Position numbers and translations under genes: made by a program
Notes under the pieces: generated by a model
Database searches by the model: none
What the model saw: the letters and a program-made list of their open reading frames with translations, nothing else
Told to the model about the DNA's origin: nothing
Shown: positions 1-10,401 of the stretch, one piece after another
Layout of the letters: every line of letters begins with the position of its first letter
Numbering within the stretch: position 1 is the stretch's first letter
NCBI GenBank assembly: GCA_040256005.1
Contig: JBDZWC010000056.1
Location: forward strand, 1-18,146
Reading direction: 5' to 3'
Length of the DNA stretch: 18,146 nt
Source of the DNA: Deinococcaceae bacterium
GTDB taxonomy: Bacteria; Deinococcota; Deinococci; Deinococcales; Trueperaceae

Positions 1-142
<142 letters not shown>

Positions 143-170
143 CTACCGTTAGTCGCTCGAGCCGATGCGC

Positions 171-2240
<2,070 letters not shown>

Positions 2241-2272
2241 AGAGGGTACCGTCGTAGCCAGCGGCCCAGGGC

Positions 2273-2743
2273 TCACCAGCGGTAGTGAGCGTAGGCGCGG
2301 TTCGCCTCTGCCATACGCTCGACGTCCTCCTTCTTCTTCACTGCTCCACCACGACCGGCCGCGGCGTCGATGAGCTCACCCGCGACGCGCTCCACCGCGG
2401 TGCGCTCGGGCCTGGCGTCGCACGCGGCGACGAGCCACCTGAGCGAGAGGGACTGCGCCCGTCGAGGGATGACCTCCACCGGCACCTGGTACGTGGAGCC
2501 GCCTACGCGCCGGCTGCGGACCTCGATCCGAGGCCTGATGTTGTCGAGGGCCTGCCTGACGACCTTGAGAGGCTCCTGACCCGTGCGCTCCTGGATGAGG
2601 CGGCAGGCGCCGTAGAAGATGCGGCTGGCGAGGTTCTTCTTGCCACCCTTCATCAGCTTGTTGATGAGGGCGGTGACCGTGGTGTCGCTATATACGAGGT
2701 CCGGCTGAAGCTTGCGGACCTCTGCGCGCCTACGACGTCCCAT
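2273..2743 (-). CDS. rpsG: 30S ribosomal protein S7
   Basis: [10 protein letters not shown]...[15 protein letters not shown]...[13 protein letters not shown]; lies between rpsL and fusA. Confidence 0.99.
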   Translation of the reverse strand: MGRRRRAEVRKLQPDLVYSDTTVTALINKLMKGGKKNLASRIFYGACRLIQERTGQEPLKVVRQALDNIRPRIEVRSRRVGGSTYQVPVEVIPRRAQSLSLRWLVAACDARPERTAVERVAGELIDAAAGRGGAVKKKEDVERMAEANRAYAHYRW

Positions 2744-2745
2744 GT

Positions 2746-3144
2746 CTAACGTGCTCCTGCCTTCGGCTTCTTGGTGCCGTACTTGCTGCGGCCCTGGTTG
2801 CGCTGGACGTAACGGCCCACGCCGACGCCCTGGGCGTCGAGCGCGCCGCGAACGATGTGGTAGCGCACGCCCGGCAGGTCCTTGACGCGACCGCCGCGGA
2901 TGAGGACGACGGAGTGCTCCTGCAGGTTGTGCTTCTCGCCCGGGATGTAGGCGGTGACCTCCTGGCCGCCGGAGAGGCGGACGCGGGCGATCTTGCGAAG
3001 CGCCGAGTTGGGCTTCTTGGGCGTCTGGGTCTTGACGGCCGTGCAGACGCCGCGCCGCTGGGGCGATCCCTTCAACGCCGGGGTCTTGCTCTTTCTCTCG
3101 ATCTTCCGGCGACCCTTCCGGAGCAGTTGGTTAACCGTAGGCAG
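2746..3144 (-). CDS. rpsL: 30S ribosomal protein S12 (probable CTG start)
   Basis: [39 protein letters not shown]. The conserved N-terminus begins at CTG 3144-3142, 8 nt after GGAG. Confidence 0.98.
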   Translation of the reverse strand: MPTVNQLLRKGRRKIERKSKTPALKGSPQRRGVCTAVKTQTPKKPNSALRKIARVRLSGGQEVTAYIPGEKHNLQEHSVVLIRGGRVKDLPGVRYHIVRGALDAQGVGVGRYVQRNQGRSKYGTKKPKAGAR

Positions 3145-3350
3145 AACGATCACTCCCTCTTTCTTTCCCCACGCCACGTAGCGCGGAGGTCTCTTGCGGT
3201 CGGGCGCCTCACGCCCGAGGTCTATGAGCCTCAAGATCTACGCGTTGCAAGTCGTCGGCTTGCGCGCTTGTTGCACCAACCGAGTTTGAACTCACGACAA
3301 ACCATCCCCCGGACCCAGCGCTGCGGGCCAGGGGGCGGACAAACCGAACA

Positions 3351-3380
3351 AGTATAGGGCCACGCCTGCCGGTGACGCAA
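3351..3380 (-). promoter_or_regulatory. Putative sigma-A promoter of the str operon
   Basis: Minus strand TTGCGT (3380-3375), 18 nt, TATACT (3356-3351), about 200 nt upstream of rpsL. Confidence 0.7.
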
Positions 3381-3489
3381 CCCCTGCGATACGTGCGGCG
3401 CGGACCGGGCCCGTCAGCCCCTTACCGGCGACCTCCGACGTTTCAGGTCAGGGACCTGTGGCTCTCATCCACGGGCCCTAGCTTGGGAT

Positions 3490-5535
3490 GTGGGCGTCGA
3501 GTCGACAAGGACCACCAGATCCAACGAGGCCCCCGGCTCGCACGTCGTGTGGTCTTCGGAGTCCGTCCCGGCCCCGTTCCCCAAGCACATCGAGCTGGCG
3601 CTCGCGAAGCTGACGGAGCGCCCGCCGCGAGGGGGCGACTGGGTGCACGAGGTCAAGTTCGACGGTTACCGCCTTGCCGCGCGCCTGAAGGACGGCGCCG
3701 TGCAGCTCATCACCCGCAACGGCCTGGACTGGACCGACAGGTTCCCGAGCGTCGCGGCTGCCGTGAAGGAGCTGGGCGCAGAGACGGCCGTGCTCGATGG
3801 TGAGGTCATCGCCGTCGGAGCGGACGGCAAGCCGGACTTCGGTGCGCTGCAGCGCGCCGCCCAACCGCGCTCGGCCAACCCGAGGGCAGGCCGGGCGCGC
3901 CTCAGCTACCAGGTCTTCGACCTCCTCTACATGGACGGCCGCGACTACCGCCCCGCGCCCCTCGAGGAGCGCAAAGCGGCGCTCAGGCGGCTGCTGCAGG
4001 GCGTCCGCGGCGCGCTGCGCTACACCGACCACCTCGAGGTGTCCGGCACCGACGTCTACGAGCACGCCTGCCGCCTCGGTCTCGAGGGCGTCGTGTCCAA
4101 GCAACTGGGCTCGCCGTACCGCTCCGGCCGCACCGACGACTGGCTCAAGACGACCTGCCTGCAGACGGACGACCTCGTGGTAGGCGGGTTCACCGGTCCG
4201 CGCGGCTCGCGCACCGGCTTCGGGGCCCTGCTGCTCGGCCGCCCGGTGCCCGGCGGTGGTCTGCGGTTCGTGGGCAAGGTGGGCACGGGATTCGGCCGCG
4301 GTGGTATCGCGGCGCTGGCGGAGCGCCTCGACCCCATCACGACGGACATCTCGCCTTTCGTCGAGCGGCTGCCGGCCGACGCGATCAGGACGGGCGTCAC
4401 CTGGGTAGAACCGCGGCTCGTCGTGGAGGTCGCCTACTCCGGCGTCACCGACGGCGGCAGGCTGCGCCACCCGCGCTACGGTCACCTTCGCGAGGACAAG
4501 GACCCATCCGAGGTGGCGCCCGCGCCGGCGGACGCGGACCACGTGCCCCTGGCAGCGAGCGACCCGGACGACGAAGCTGGTGAGCATGGAGGCGAGAGCG
4601 TGGCCGAGCCCGTGGTGAAGCGAGGCAAGAGCGAGGCGGAGGTGGCCGGCGTCCGGCTCACGAACGCCGGTCGCGTGCTCTACCCGGAGCAGGGCGTCAC
4701 CAAGTTGGACCTGGCCGAGTACTACGCGGCCGTGGGCGAGGAGCTACTGCGCCGGGCGGCGCGGCGGCCCCTGGCTCTGGTCAGGTGCCCCGAGGGCACG
4801 GCTCAGCAGTGCTTCTACCAGAAGCACCCCGGTCCCTCGTTCGCCCCCGGGCTGCCGCGGATCCCCATCCAAGAGAAGGAGGACGTGGACGACTACGTGT
4901 ACCTGGAGTCCGTGTCCGACCTCGTGTCGCTCGTGCAGCTTGGTGTGCTGGAGGTCCACGCATGGGGTAGCACCGTCGACCATCTGGAGCAGCCGGACAT
5001 CCTGGTGTTCGACCTCGACCCAGGTCCCGGCGTGAAGCTCGACTACGTCAAGACGGTCGCCCGACGGCTCAGGGACTTGCTCACGCGGCTGGGCTTGGGC
5101 GCGTTCCTGCGCGCCACCGGGGGCAAGGGCCTCCACGTCGTCGTGCCGCTCACGCCGGAGGCCGACTGGGACGAGGTCAAGGGCTTCGCAAAGGCCATCG
5201 CCGACGCCTTGGCCGCGTCGGACCCCGACAGGCTCACCACCAACCTCTCCAAGTCCAAGCGCGACGGGAAGGTCTTCGTCGATTACCTGCGCAACGGCCG
5301 GGGCTCGACCGCCATCGTCAACTACTCGACGCGTTCGCGCGAGGGCGCTCCGGTGGCGGTGCCGCTGCGGTGGGAAGAGCTGGGCCGGCTCGAGCACCCG
5401 GGCGCCTACGACGTCGCGGGGGCTCGCAAGCGCCTGGCCGCGCTCAAGCAGGACCCGTGGGAGGGGTTCGAGGAGTCCGCGGTGCCGTTGTCGCGGGCGC
5501 TGGCGTCGCTCTCGGACCTGGAGCCGCCGTCGTGA
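3490..5535 (+). CDS. ligD: DNA ligase D, ligase + primase/polymerase domains, no phosphoesterase domain evident (681 aa)
   Basis: Ligase motifs EVKFDGYR, VLDGEV, VFDLL, EGVVSK, OB domain ending LRHPRY. Polymerase motifs RLTNAGRVLYP, LVRCPEG, VFDLDP, TGGKGLHV, FVDYLRNGRGST. TAGCTT at 3479-3484 lies 5 nt before the GTG. Confidence 0.95.
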   Translation: MGVESTRTTRSNEAPGSHVVWSSESVPAPFPKHIELALAKLTERPPRGGDWVHEVKFDGYRLAARLKDGAVQLITRNGLDWTDRFPSVAAAVKELGAETAVLDGEVIAVGADGKPDFGALQRAAQPRSANPRAGRARLSYQVFDLLYMDGRDYRPAPLEERKAALRRLLQGVRGALRYTDHLEVSGTDVYEHACRLGLEGVVSKQLGSPYRSGRTDDWLKTTCLQTDDLVVGGFTGPRGSRTGFGALLLGRPVPGGGLRFVGKVGTGFGRGGIAALAERLDPITTDISPFVERLPADAIRTGVTWVEPRLVVEVAYSGVTDGGRLRHPRYGHLREDKDPSEVAPAPADADHVPLAASDPDDEAGEHGGESVAEPVVKRGKSEAEVAGVRLTNAGRVLYPEQGVTKLDLAEYYAAVGEELLRRAARRPLALVRCPEGTAQQCFYQKHPGPSFAPGLPRIPIQEKEDVDDYVYLESVSDLVSLVQLGVLEVHAWGSTVDHLEQPDILVFDLDPGPGVKLDYVKTVARRLRDLLTRLGLGAFLRATGGKGLHVVVPLTPEADWDEVKGFAKAIADALAASDPDRLTTNLSKSKRDGKVFVDYLRNGRGSTAIVNYSTRSREGAPVAVPLRWEELGRLEHPGAYDVAGARKRLAALKQDPWEGFEESAVPLSRALASLSDLEPPS

Positions 5536-6320
5536 GCGCCAGGGCGATCTGGAAGGGCGTGCTCCGGCTCGAGGACGTCGAGGTGCCCGTCAAGCTGTAC
5601 TCGGCGATCGAGGACAAGCGGGTCTCATTCCGGCTCCTCCATCGCGAAGACGGCGTGCCCGTGAAGCAGGTGATGGTGAACCCCGACACGGGCAAGGTCG
5701 TCGAGTACGAGGACATACAGCGCGGATACGTGACCCCGGAGGGCCGCATCGTCAGCCTCGATCCGTCCGAGCTCGATGAGCTCGAGCCCGAGCCGTCGCG
5801 CGACATCGAGGTCCTGCGCTTCGTGCCGCCTGACGCCATCGAGCACCGGTGGTTCGAGCGTCCCTACTACCTCGGCCCGGACGGTGACGCCGACGCCTAC
5901 TTCGCGCTGGCGGCGGCCCTGGCTCGGGTGGAGCGGGTTGGCGTCGCCCGCTGGGTGATGCGGGCCAAGGAGTACCAGGGCGCCCTCCGTCTCCACGAGG
6001 GCTACCCCATGCTCGTAACGCTCAAGCACGCCGAAGAGGTGCTGCCCCTGGAGGAGTTCGAGCCGCGGTCCGAGAAGGACCTCGACGAGAAGCAGCTGAA
6101 GATGGCCAGGCAGCTCATACAGATGTTGGCGGACGATTTCGAGCCGGAGGCGTACCAGGACGAGTACCGCGAGAGCGTGCTGGCGCTCATCGAGAGCAAG
6201 CGGGAAGGCAAGAAGGTACGCCCGAAGAAGGCGCCCAAGCGCCCGCGGACCGACGACCTCACCGCAGCCCTGGAGCGTAGCCTGGCGGCCGGGGGCGACA
6301 AGGCGGCTGCCAGTGCCTAA
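5532..6320 (+). CDS. ku: NHEJ protein Ku, paralogue 1 (262 aa)
   Basis: RAIWKG...VPVKLYSAI...FRLLH, RGY, FERPYYLGP, YQDEYRE, DLTAALERSL. GTG 5532 overlaps the ligD TGA (GTGA). The track's upstream extension to 5370 overlaps ligD. Confidence 0.93.
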   Translation: MSARAIWKGVLRLEDVEVPVKLYSAIEDKRVSFRLLHREDGVPVKQVMVNPDTGKVVEYEDIQRGYVTPEGRIVSLDPSELDELEPEPSRDIEVLRFVPPDAIEHRWFERPYYLGPDGDADAYFALAAALARVERVGVARWVMRAKEYQGALRLHEGYPMLVTLKHAEEVLPLEEFEPRSEKDLDEKQLKMARQLIQMLADDFEPEAYQDEYRESVLALIESKREGKKVRPKKAPKRPRTDDLTAALERSLAAGGDKAAASA

Positions 6321-7242
6321 GGCCGGAGCCAAGTCCACGAGGGCCAAGCAGTCCTCCGGCTCCAAGAAGGAGGCCAAGGGAGCGTCCGAGGGCAAGGGCG
6401 GCAAGGCGAAGGGCGCGAAGGGCGAGGGGAAGAGCCGCACGCCCCGTGGACGGCCCGTCTGGTCCGGCACCCTGGCGTTCGGACTGGTGACCCTCCCCGT
6501 CGAGCTCTACCCCACCACCAGGCCCGGCGGGATCTCGCTGCGCATGATCGCTCCGGACGGTACCCCCCTGTCTCGCCGCTACTTCTGTGAGGCTGACGGG
6601 GAGGTACTCTCCGCCGACGAGATCGTTCGCGGGTACCCCGTGGGGGACGACGAGTTCGTGATGGTGGAGGACGAGGAGCTCGAGGCGCTCGATCCGGACC
6701 GTTCACGCGTCATAGACCTCGACGTCTTCGTGCCTCGTGCTGACCTCGACCCGAGCTATGTGCAGAACACGTACGTGCTCCTGCCCGGGAAAGACGCGGC
6801 CACCGCCTACCGCTTGCTGGTGGCCAGCATGGAGGAGGAGGACCGTGCCGGCATCGCCACCTTCGTGATGCGCGGTACCTCTTACCCCCTGGCGATCGTC
6901 TCGGTAGGGGGCACGCTGAGGGGCATGACGCTGAGGTACCACGACGAGGTGCGCTCGCCCGAGGACGTGGGCCTGCCCGAGCTCGAGACAGCCGACGTGG
7001 ACGACGTCAAGGCGATCGAAGCCGCCGTCAAGGCACTCGCGGCCGACGCCCTGGCCACGTCCGAGTTCCAGGACGAGCGCAAGGAACGCATCACCAAGCT
7101 GGTCGAGAAGCGGCTCAAGTCGGGCAAGGGGGTACACGAGGCACCGGAGGAGGAGGAGCCGTCGGACGACGAGGACGAGACCGTCATCGTCGACGTCATG
7201 CAGCTTCTCAAGGAGAGCCTCGGGAAGGCCGCGCGGGCCTAG
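6313..7242 (+). CDS. ku: NHEJ protein Ku, paralogue 2, with Lys-rich N-terminal extension (309 aa)
   Basis: RPVWSGTLAFGLVTLPVELY, EIVRGY, AYRLL, GIATFVMR, DVMQLLKESL. 8-nt overlap with the paralogue 1 stop. Confidence 0.93.
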   Translation: MPKAGAKSTRAKQSSGSKKEAKGASEGKGGKAKGAKGEGKSRTPRGRPVWSGTLAFGLVTLPVELYPTTRPGGISLRMIAPDGTPLSRRYFCEADGEVLSADEIVRGYPVGDDEFVMVEDEELEALDPDRSRVIDLDVFVPRADLDPSYVQNTYVLLPGKDAATAYRLLVASMEEEDRAGIATFVMRGTSYPLAIVSVGGTLRGMTLRYHDEVRSPEDVGLPELETADVDDVKAIEAAVKALAADALATSEFQDERKERITKLVEKRLKSGKGVHEAPEEEEPSDDEDETVIVDVMQLLKESLGKAARA

Positions 7243-7287
7243 CTCTCCGGCCGCGTCTTGCGGCTCCGAACTACGCGGGCCACGCGC

Positions 7288-8475
7288 CTAGGCCGCAGGA
7301 CGCCGGGCCCGGGACAGGGCCGTCCGCGCCCTCAACACCTTCTCCTCGGCCTCCTCGACGCTGTCCGCCGTCGCCGTCAGATGACCCATCTTGCGTCCCG
7401 GCCGGGCTTCCGACTTGCCGTACAGGTGCAGGGCGACACCCGGCACGCGCAGCGCTGCGGCTAAGTCAGGGTCGCCGTCCGACCACAGATCACCGAGCAG
7501 GTTGGCCATCGCCGCGGGCCTTGGCAGGACCGTCGAGCCCAGCGGCAGCCCGCACACGGCCCTCAACTGCTGCTCGAACTGGCTCGTCTCCGCCGCTTCG
7601 ATCGTCAAGTGTCCAGAGTTGTGGGGCCGCGGGGCGATCTCGTTGACCAGCAGCTCGCCGGCCCGGTCGAGGAAGAACTCCACGCAGCACAGGCCGACCA
7701 GCTCCAACCGTGCGGCGACCCGCTCGGCCTCCTCCCTGGCCGCCGCGACGACAGCCGGGCCGACCGGCCCCCAGCTGGTGACGCCGCCTGTGAACGGGGC
7801 GAGCGTGACGTCGAGCACCTGGCCCACATGACGGTTGAGGAAGGGCGCGTAGGTCGCCGTGTCCCCGTGCGGGCCACGCGCCACCACGACAGAGAGCTCC
7901 GCTGCCAGGTCTACGCGCTCCTCCACGACGAGCGCGCCCGCTCCGGCCAGGGCGGTCACGGCGGCCCTCACCGCGTCGCGGTCCTCGATCACGACCTGGC
8001 CCTTGCCGTCGTAGCCGAAACCCGCGGTCTTCACCACGCACGGCACACCTACCTCCTCCACGGCGGCAGGGACCTCGCTCACGTCGCCCACGAGCCGGAA
8101 CCGCGCGGTCGGGATGCCGTGCAGGCGCAGGAAGACCTTCTCGCGGCCGCGGTGCTGGGTGGTGTGGAGCGCTGCCGGTGACGGCCTGACGAGGCCCACC
8201 TCGGAAGCCGCCTCCAACGCGGCGCTGGAAACGTTCTCGAACTCGAACGTGAGCACGTCGACGGACTCGGCGAAGGCGCGCATGGTCCTCTCGTCGTCGA
8301 GACGCGCCGAGAAGTGGCGGTCGGCGACGGCCGCCGCGGGCGGGCTGTCGCCGGGGGCGAGAACGTTGAAGCCGAGGCCCATGCGCCGCGCCGCCAGGCC
8401 CAGCATCCGCCCCAACTGACCCCCGCCCACCACGCCGATCGTCACGCGGGGTAGGAGACGACCGCCGGGGCTCAT
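7288..8475 (-). CDS. purK: N5-carboxyaminoimidazole ribonucleotide synthase
   Basis: [58 protein letters not shown] overlap with the upstream fusion gene. Confidence 0.97.
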   Translation of the reverse strand: MSPGGRLLPRVTIGVVGGGQLGRMLGLAARRMGLGFNVLAPGDSPPAAAVADRHFSARLDDERTMRAFAESVDVLTFEFENVSSAALEAASEVGLVRPSPAALHTTQHRGREKVFLRLHGIPTARFRLVGDVSEVPAAVEEVGVPCVVKTAGFGYDGKGQVVIEDRDAVRAAVTALAGAGALVVEERVDLAAELSVVVARGPHGDTATYAPFLNRHVGQVLDVTLAPFTGGVTSWGPVGPAVVAAAREEAERVAARLELVGLCCVEFFLDRAGELLVNEIAPRPHNSGHLTIEAAETSQFEQQLRAVCGLPLGSTVLPRPAAMANLLGDLWSDGDPDLAAALRVPGVALHLYGKSEARPGRKMGHLTATADSVEEAEEKVLRARTALSRARRPAA

Positions 8476-10010
8476 GGCTCGAAGCTGCTCGACGGCAACG
8501 TGGCGCTCTCGGCAGCGGCCGCCTGCTCGCGCCGGTAGTCGATCAGGCGCTCGCGCAGCTCCGGCCGCGTCAGGGCGAGGATCGCCACGGCCATGAGCGC
8601 CGCGTTGAAGGCCCCTGCCTCCCCTATCGCCAGCGTCCCCACCGGCACGCCCTTCGGCATCTGGACGATCGACAGCAGCGAGTCCACGCCGGACAGCGCG
8701 GAGCTGCGCACGGGGACGCCCAGCACCGGCAGGTGCGTCTGCGCGGCGATCATGCCGGGGAGGTGCGCGGCTCCGCCGGCGCCCGCGATGATCACCTCCA
8801 CGCCACGGTCCGCCGCTCCTTCGGCGAAGGCCGCCATGCGCTCCGGCGTGCGGTGGGCGGACACGACCTTGCAGACGCGAGGCACCCCGAAGCCAGCGAG
8901 GACCTCGTCGGCGTGCCTCATGGTCTCCCAGTCGCTGGCGCTGCCCATGACCACGGCCACGAGCGGAGCCTCGCCCCCGGCTCCGTCCGCGCTGCGGTCC
9001 TCACGCTCGGCGGTGGCGCGGTCCAGCCGGTCCCTTACCGCCAGCCAGGCGGGCCCGTCCGCCGGCCTCTCCACCAGCACCTCCCCCAGTCCCAAGCCGT
9101 CGAGGTGACGGACCGCGGCGTAGAGCTCGCGTCCGAACCCGACAGGGTCGCTCGGCAAGACCAGCCAGCGAGCGTCCGCCGGCACCGGTTCAGTGCCGGT
9201 GAAGCGGGCGAAGGGAACGGCGCCTGTCGGCGGCCGGCGTGCGATGACACCCGTTTTGGCGCTCACGCCGCGCTCGAGGTCCTCGCTGCTCGCCTGGCGG
9301 AGCGGGGTAGCGGGGGCGTAGTGACGCGGCAGCGTCCCGGGGGCGCGCGGTGCCCCCGGCCCCGGCCCGGTCACGGGCACCACGGTCGCGATCCGTTCAG
9401 CCGGAAGCGAGCCGGGCCTGAGGAGGCGGACGGTCCCGTGCGAGAGGTCCAGGATCGTCGACTCCAGACCGTGGCGGGTTCGGCCGCCATCGAGCACGAC
9501 CATCTCGTCATCGTCAGGGAACTCGTCCATGACGTGACTGGCGTCCGTGGGGCTCACCCGACCGAAGCGGTTCGCCGATGGGGCTACCACGGCTCCACCG
9601 AACGCCGACAACAGCTCAGCCGCGACCGGGTCCGCGGGGACGCGGACCGCCACGGTGTCCTGGCCTCCCGTCACCGCCCGCGGCACGTCGTCGCGAGCCG
9701 GCAGCACCAGGGTCAGCGGTCCGGGCCAGAACCTGGCTGCCAGCTCCGCTACCACCCTGCGCGTCTCGTCGGAGACGGCCGTCTCGTCCGCCCAGTCCCA
9801 CAGGTGGCCGGCGTCCGGCAGGTGCACGATGAGTGGATGGTCGGCCGGCCTGGCCTTGGCAGCGAAGACCCTGGCAACGGCTGCCCCGTCGCTGGCCGAG
9901 GCTCCCAGGCCGTAGACGGTCTCCGTCGGGAACGCCACCAGTCCGCCGGCACGCAGATGCGCGGCCGCGCTGGCGATGCCGCTCGGGTCGGCGGGCAGGA
10001 GGCGTGCCAT
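8472..10010 (-). CDS. Fusion of L-threonylcarbamoyladenylate synthase (Sua5/TsaC) and N5-CAIR mutase PurE (512 aa)
   Basis: One frame from ATG 10010. Sua5 motifs [54 protein letters not shown]. PurE motifs [42 protein letters not shown]. Confidence 0.9.
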   Translation of the reverse strand: MARLLPADPSGIASAAAHLRAGGLVAFPTETVYGLGASASDGAAVARVFAAKARPADHPLIVHLPDAGHLWDWADETAVSDETRRVVAELAARFWPGPLTLVLPARDDVPRAVTGGQDTVAVRVPADPVAAELLSAFGGAVVAPSANRFGRVSPTDASHVMDEFPDDDEMVVLDGGRTRHGLESTILDLSHGTVRLLRPGSLPAERIATVVPVTGPGPGAPRAPGTLPRHYAPATPLRQASSEDLERGVSAKTGVIARRPPTGAVPFARFTGTEPVPADARWLVLPSDPVGFGRELYAAVRHLDGLGLGEVLVERPADGPAWLAVRDRLDRATAEREDRSADGAGGEAPLVAVVMGSASDWETMRHADEVLAGFGVPRVCKVVSAHRTPERMAAFAEGAADRGVEVIIAGAGGAAHLPGMIAAQTHLPVLGVPVRSSALSGVDSLLSIVQMPKGVPVGTLAIGEAGAFNAALMAVAILALTRPELRERLIDYRREQAAAAESATLPSSSFEP

Positions 10011-10021
10011 GGACGCGAGCG

Positions 10022-10040
10022 AGCATAGCAACGCTAGACT
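10022..10040. promoter_or_regulatory. Back-to-back -10 elements (putative bidirectional promoter)
   Basis: Minus strand TG-C-TATGCT (hexamer 10027-10022), 11 nt before the fusion ATG. Plus strand TAGACT (10035-10040), 6 nt before ATG 10047. Confidence 0.6.
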
Positions 10041-10046
10041 GCTCTC

Positions 10047-10331
10047 ATGTTCGGCCTGTTCCGACGCCAGGACCCGCGTTTCAAGGAGGACGGCAACTTC
10101 CTGCTCTGCCAGGTGAGGACGGACGCCCATGGCGAGGTGATCAAGGTTCGCCTCTCCAAGACGTCGGAGATGAGCGTCACCGGCGGCGGGTACTTCGTCC
10201 GCAAGGCGCTCGTCGGCCCCGGCAGCCTGGACAACGCGACCCTCGAGGTCACGCTGAACCGCTCGCACAAGGTGCTGAACGCCGTGTGCGACGGTGGCGA
10301 CCTGCTGCGGGTCAGCGAGTGGGAGGCGTAG
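10047..10331 (+). CDS. Hypothetical protein (94 aa)
   Basis: Fills the gap between the fusion gene and the regulator; GC-rich third codon positions; -10-like TAGACT 6 nt before ATG; natural-looking sequence. Confidence 0.85.
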   Translation: MFGLFRRQDPRFKEDGNFLLCQVRTDAHGEVIKVRLSKTSEMSVTGGGYFVRKALVGPGSLDNATLEVTLNRSHKVLNAVCDGGDLLRVSEWEA

Positions 10332-10383
10332 GGCGGTCCCCTAGGCGCGCCCGCGCACGGTGCGGGGACGCCCGTACTGCTAT

Positions 10384-10401
10384 CATCGGCCCGTGCCAAT
10401 G
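10384..10401. promoter_or_regulatory. Putative operator over the regulator's -10 and start codon
   Basis: CATCGG-CCCGTG-CCAATG, the same pattern as 11612-11629. Overlaps extended -10 TG-C-TATCAT (hexamer 10381-10386). Confidence 0.6.

Noticed and set aside
3145..3234. 30-aa N-terminal extension of S12 in the ORF track
   Set aside because: Not S12-like; the SD sits just before CTG 3144.
5370..5531. N-terminal extension of Ku1
   Set aside because: Overlaps the ligD 3' end; Ku similarity starts at the GTGA overlap.
6388..6432. AAGG-rich short repeats
   Set aside because: Imperfect coding repeats for the K/G/A/E low-complexity arm of Ku2; not CRISPR. No CRISPR array was seen in the window.
3400..7290. 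NHEJ block as a recent mobile element
   Set aside because: No transposase, terminal repeats or target duplication; composition looks like the flanking genes.
10011..10268. 86-aa N-terminal extension of the Sua5-PurE ORF
   Set aside because: Mostly antisense to the 94-aa gene; Sua5 similarity begins at ATG 10010.
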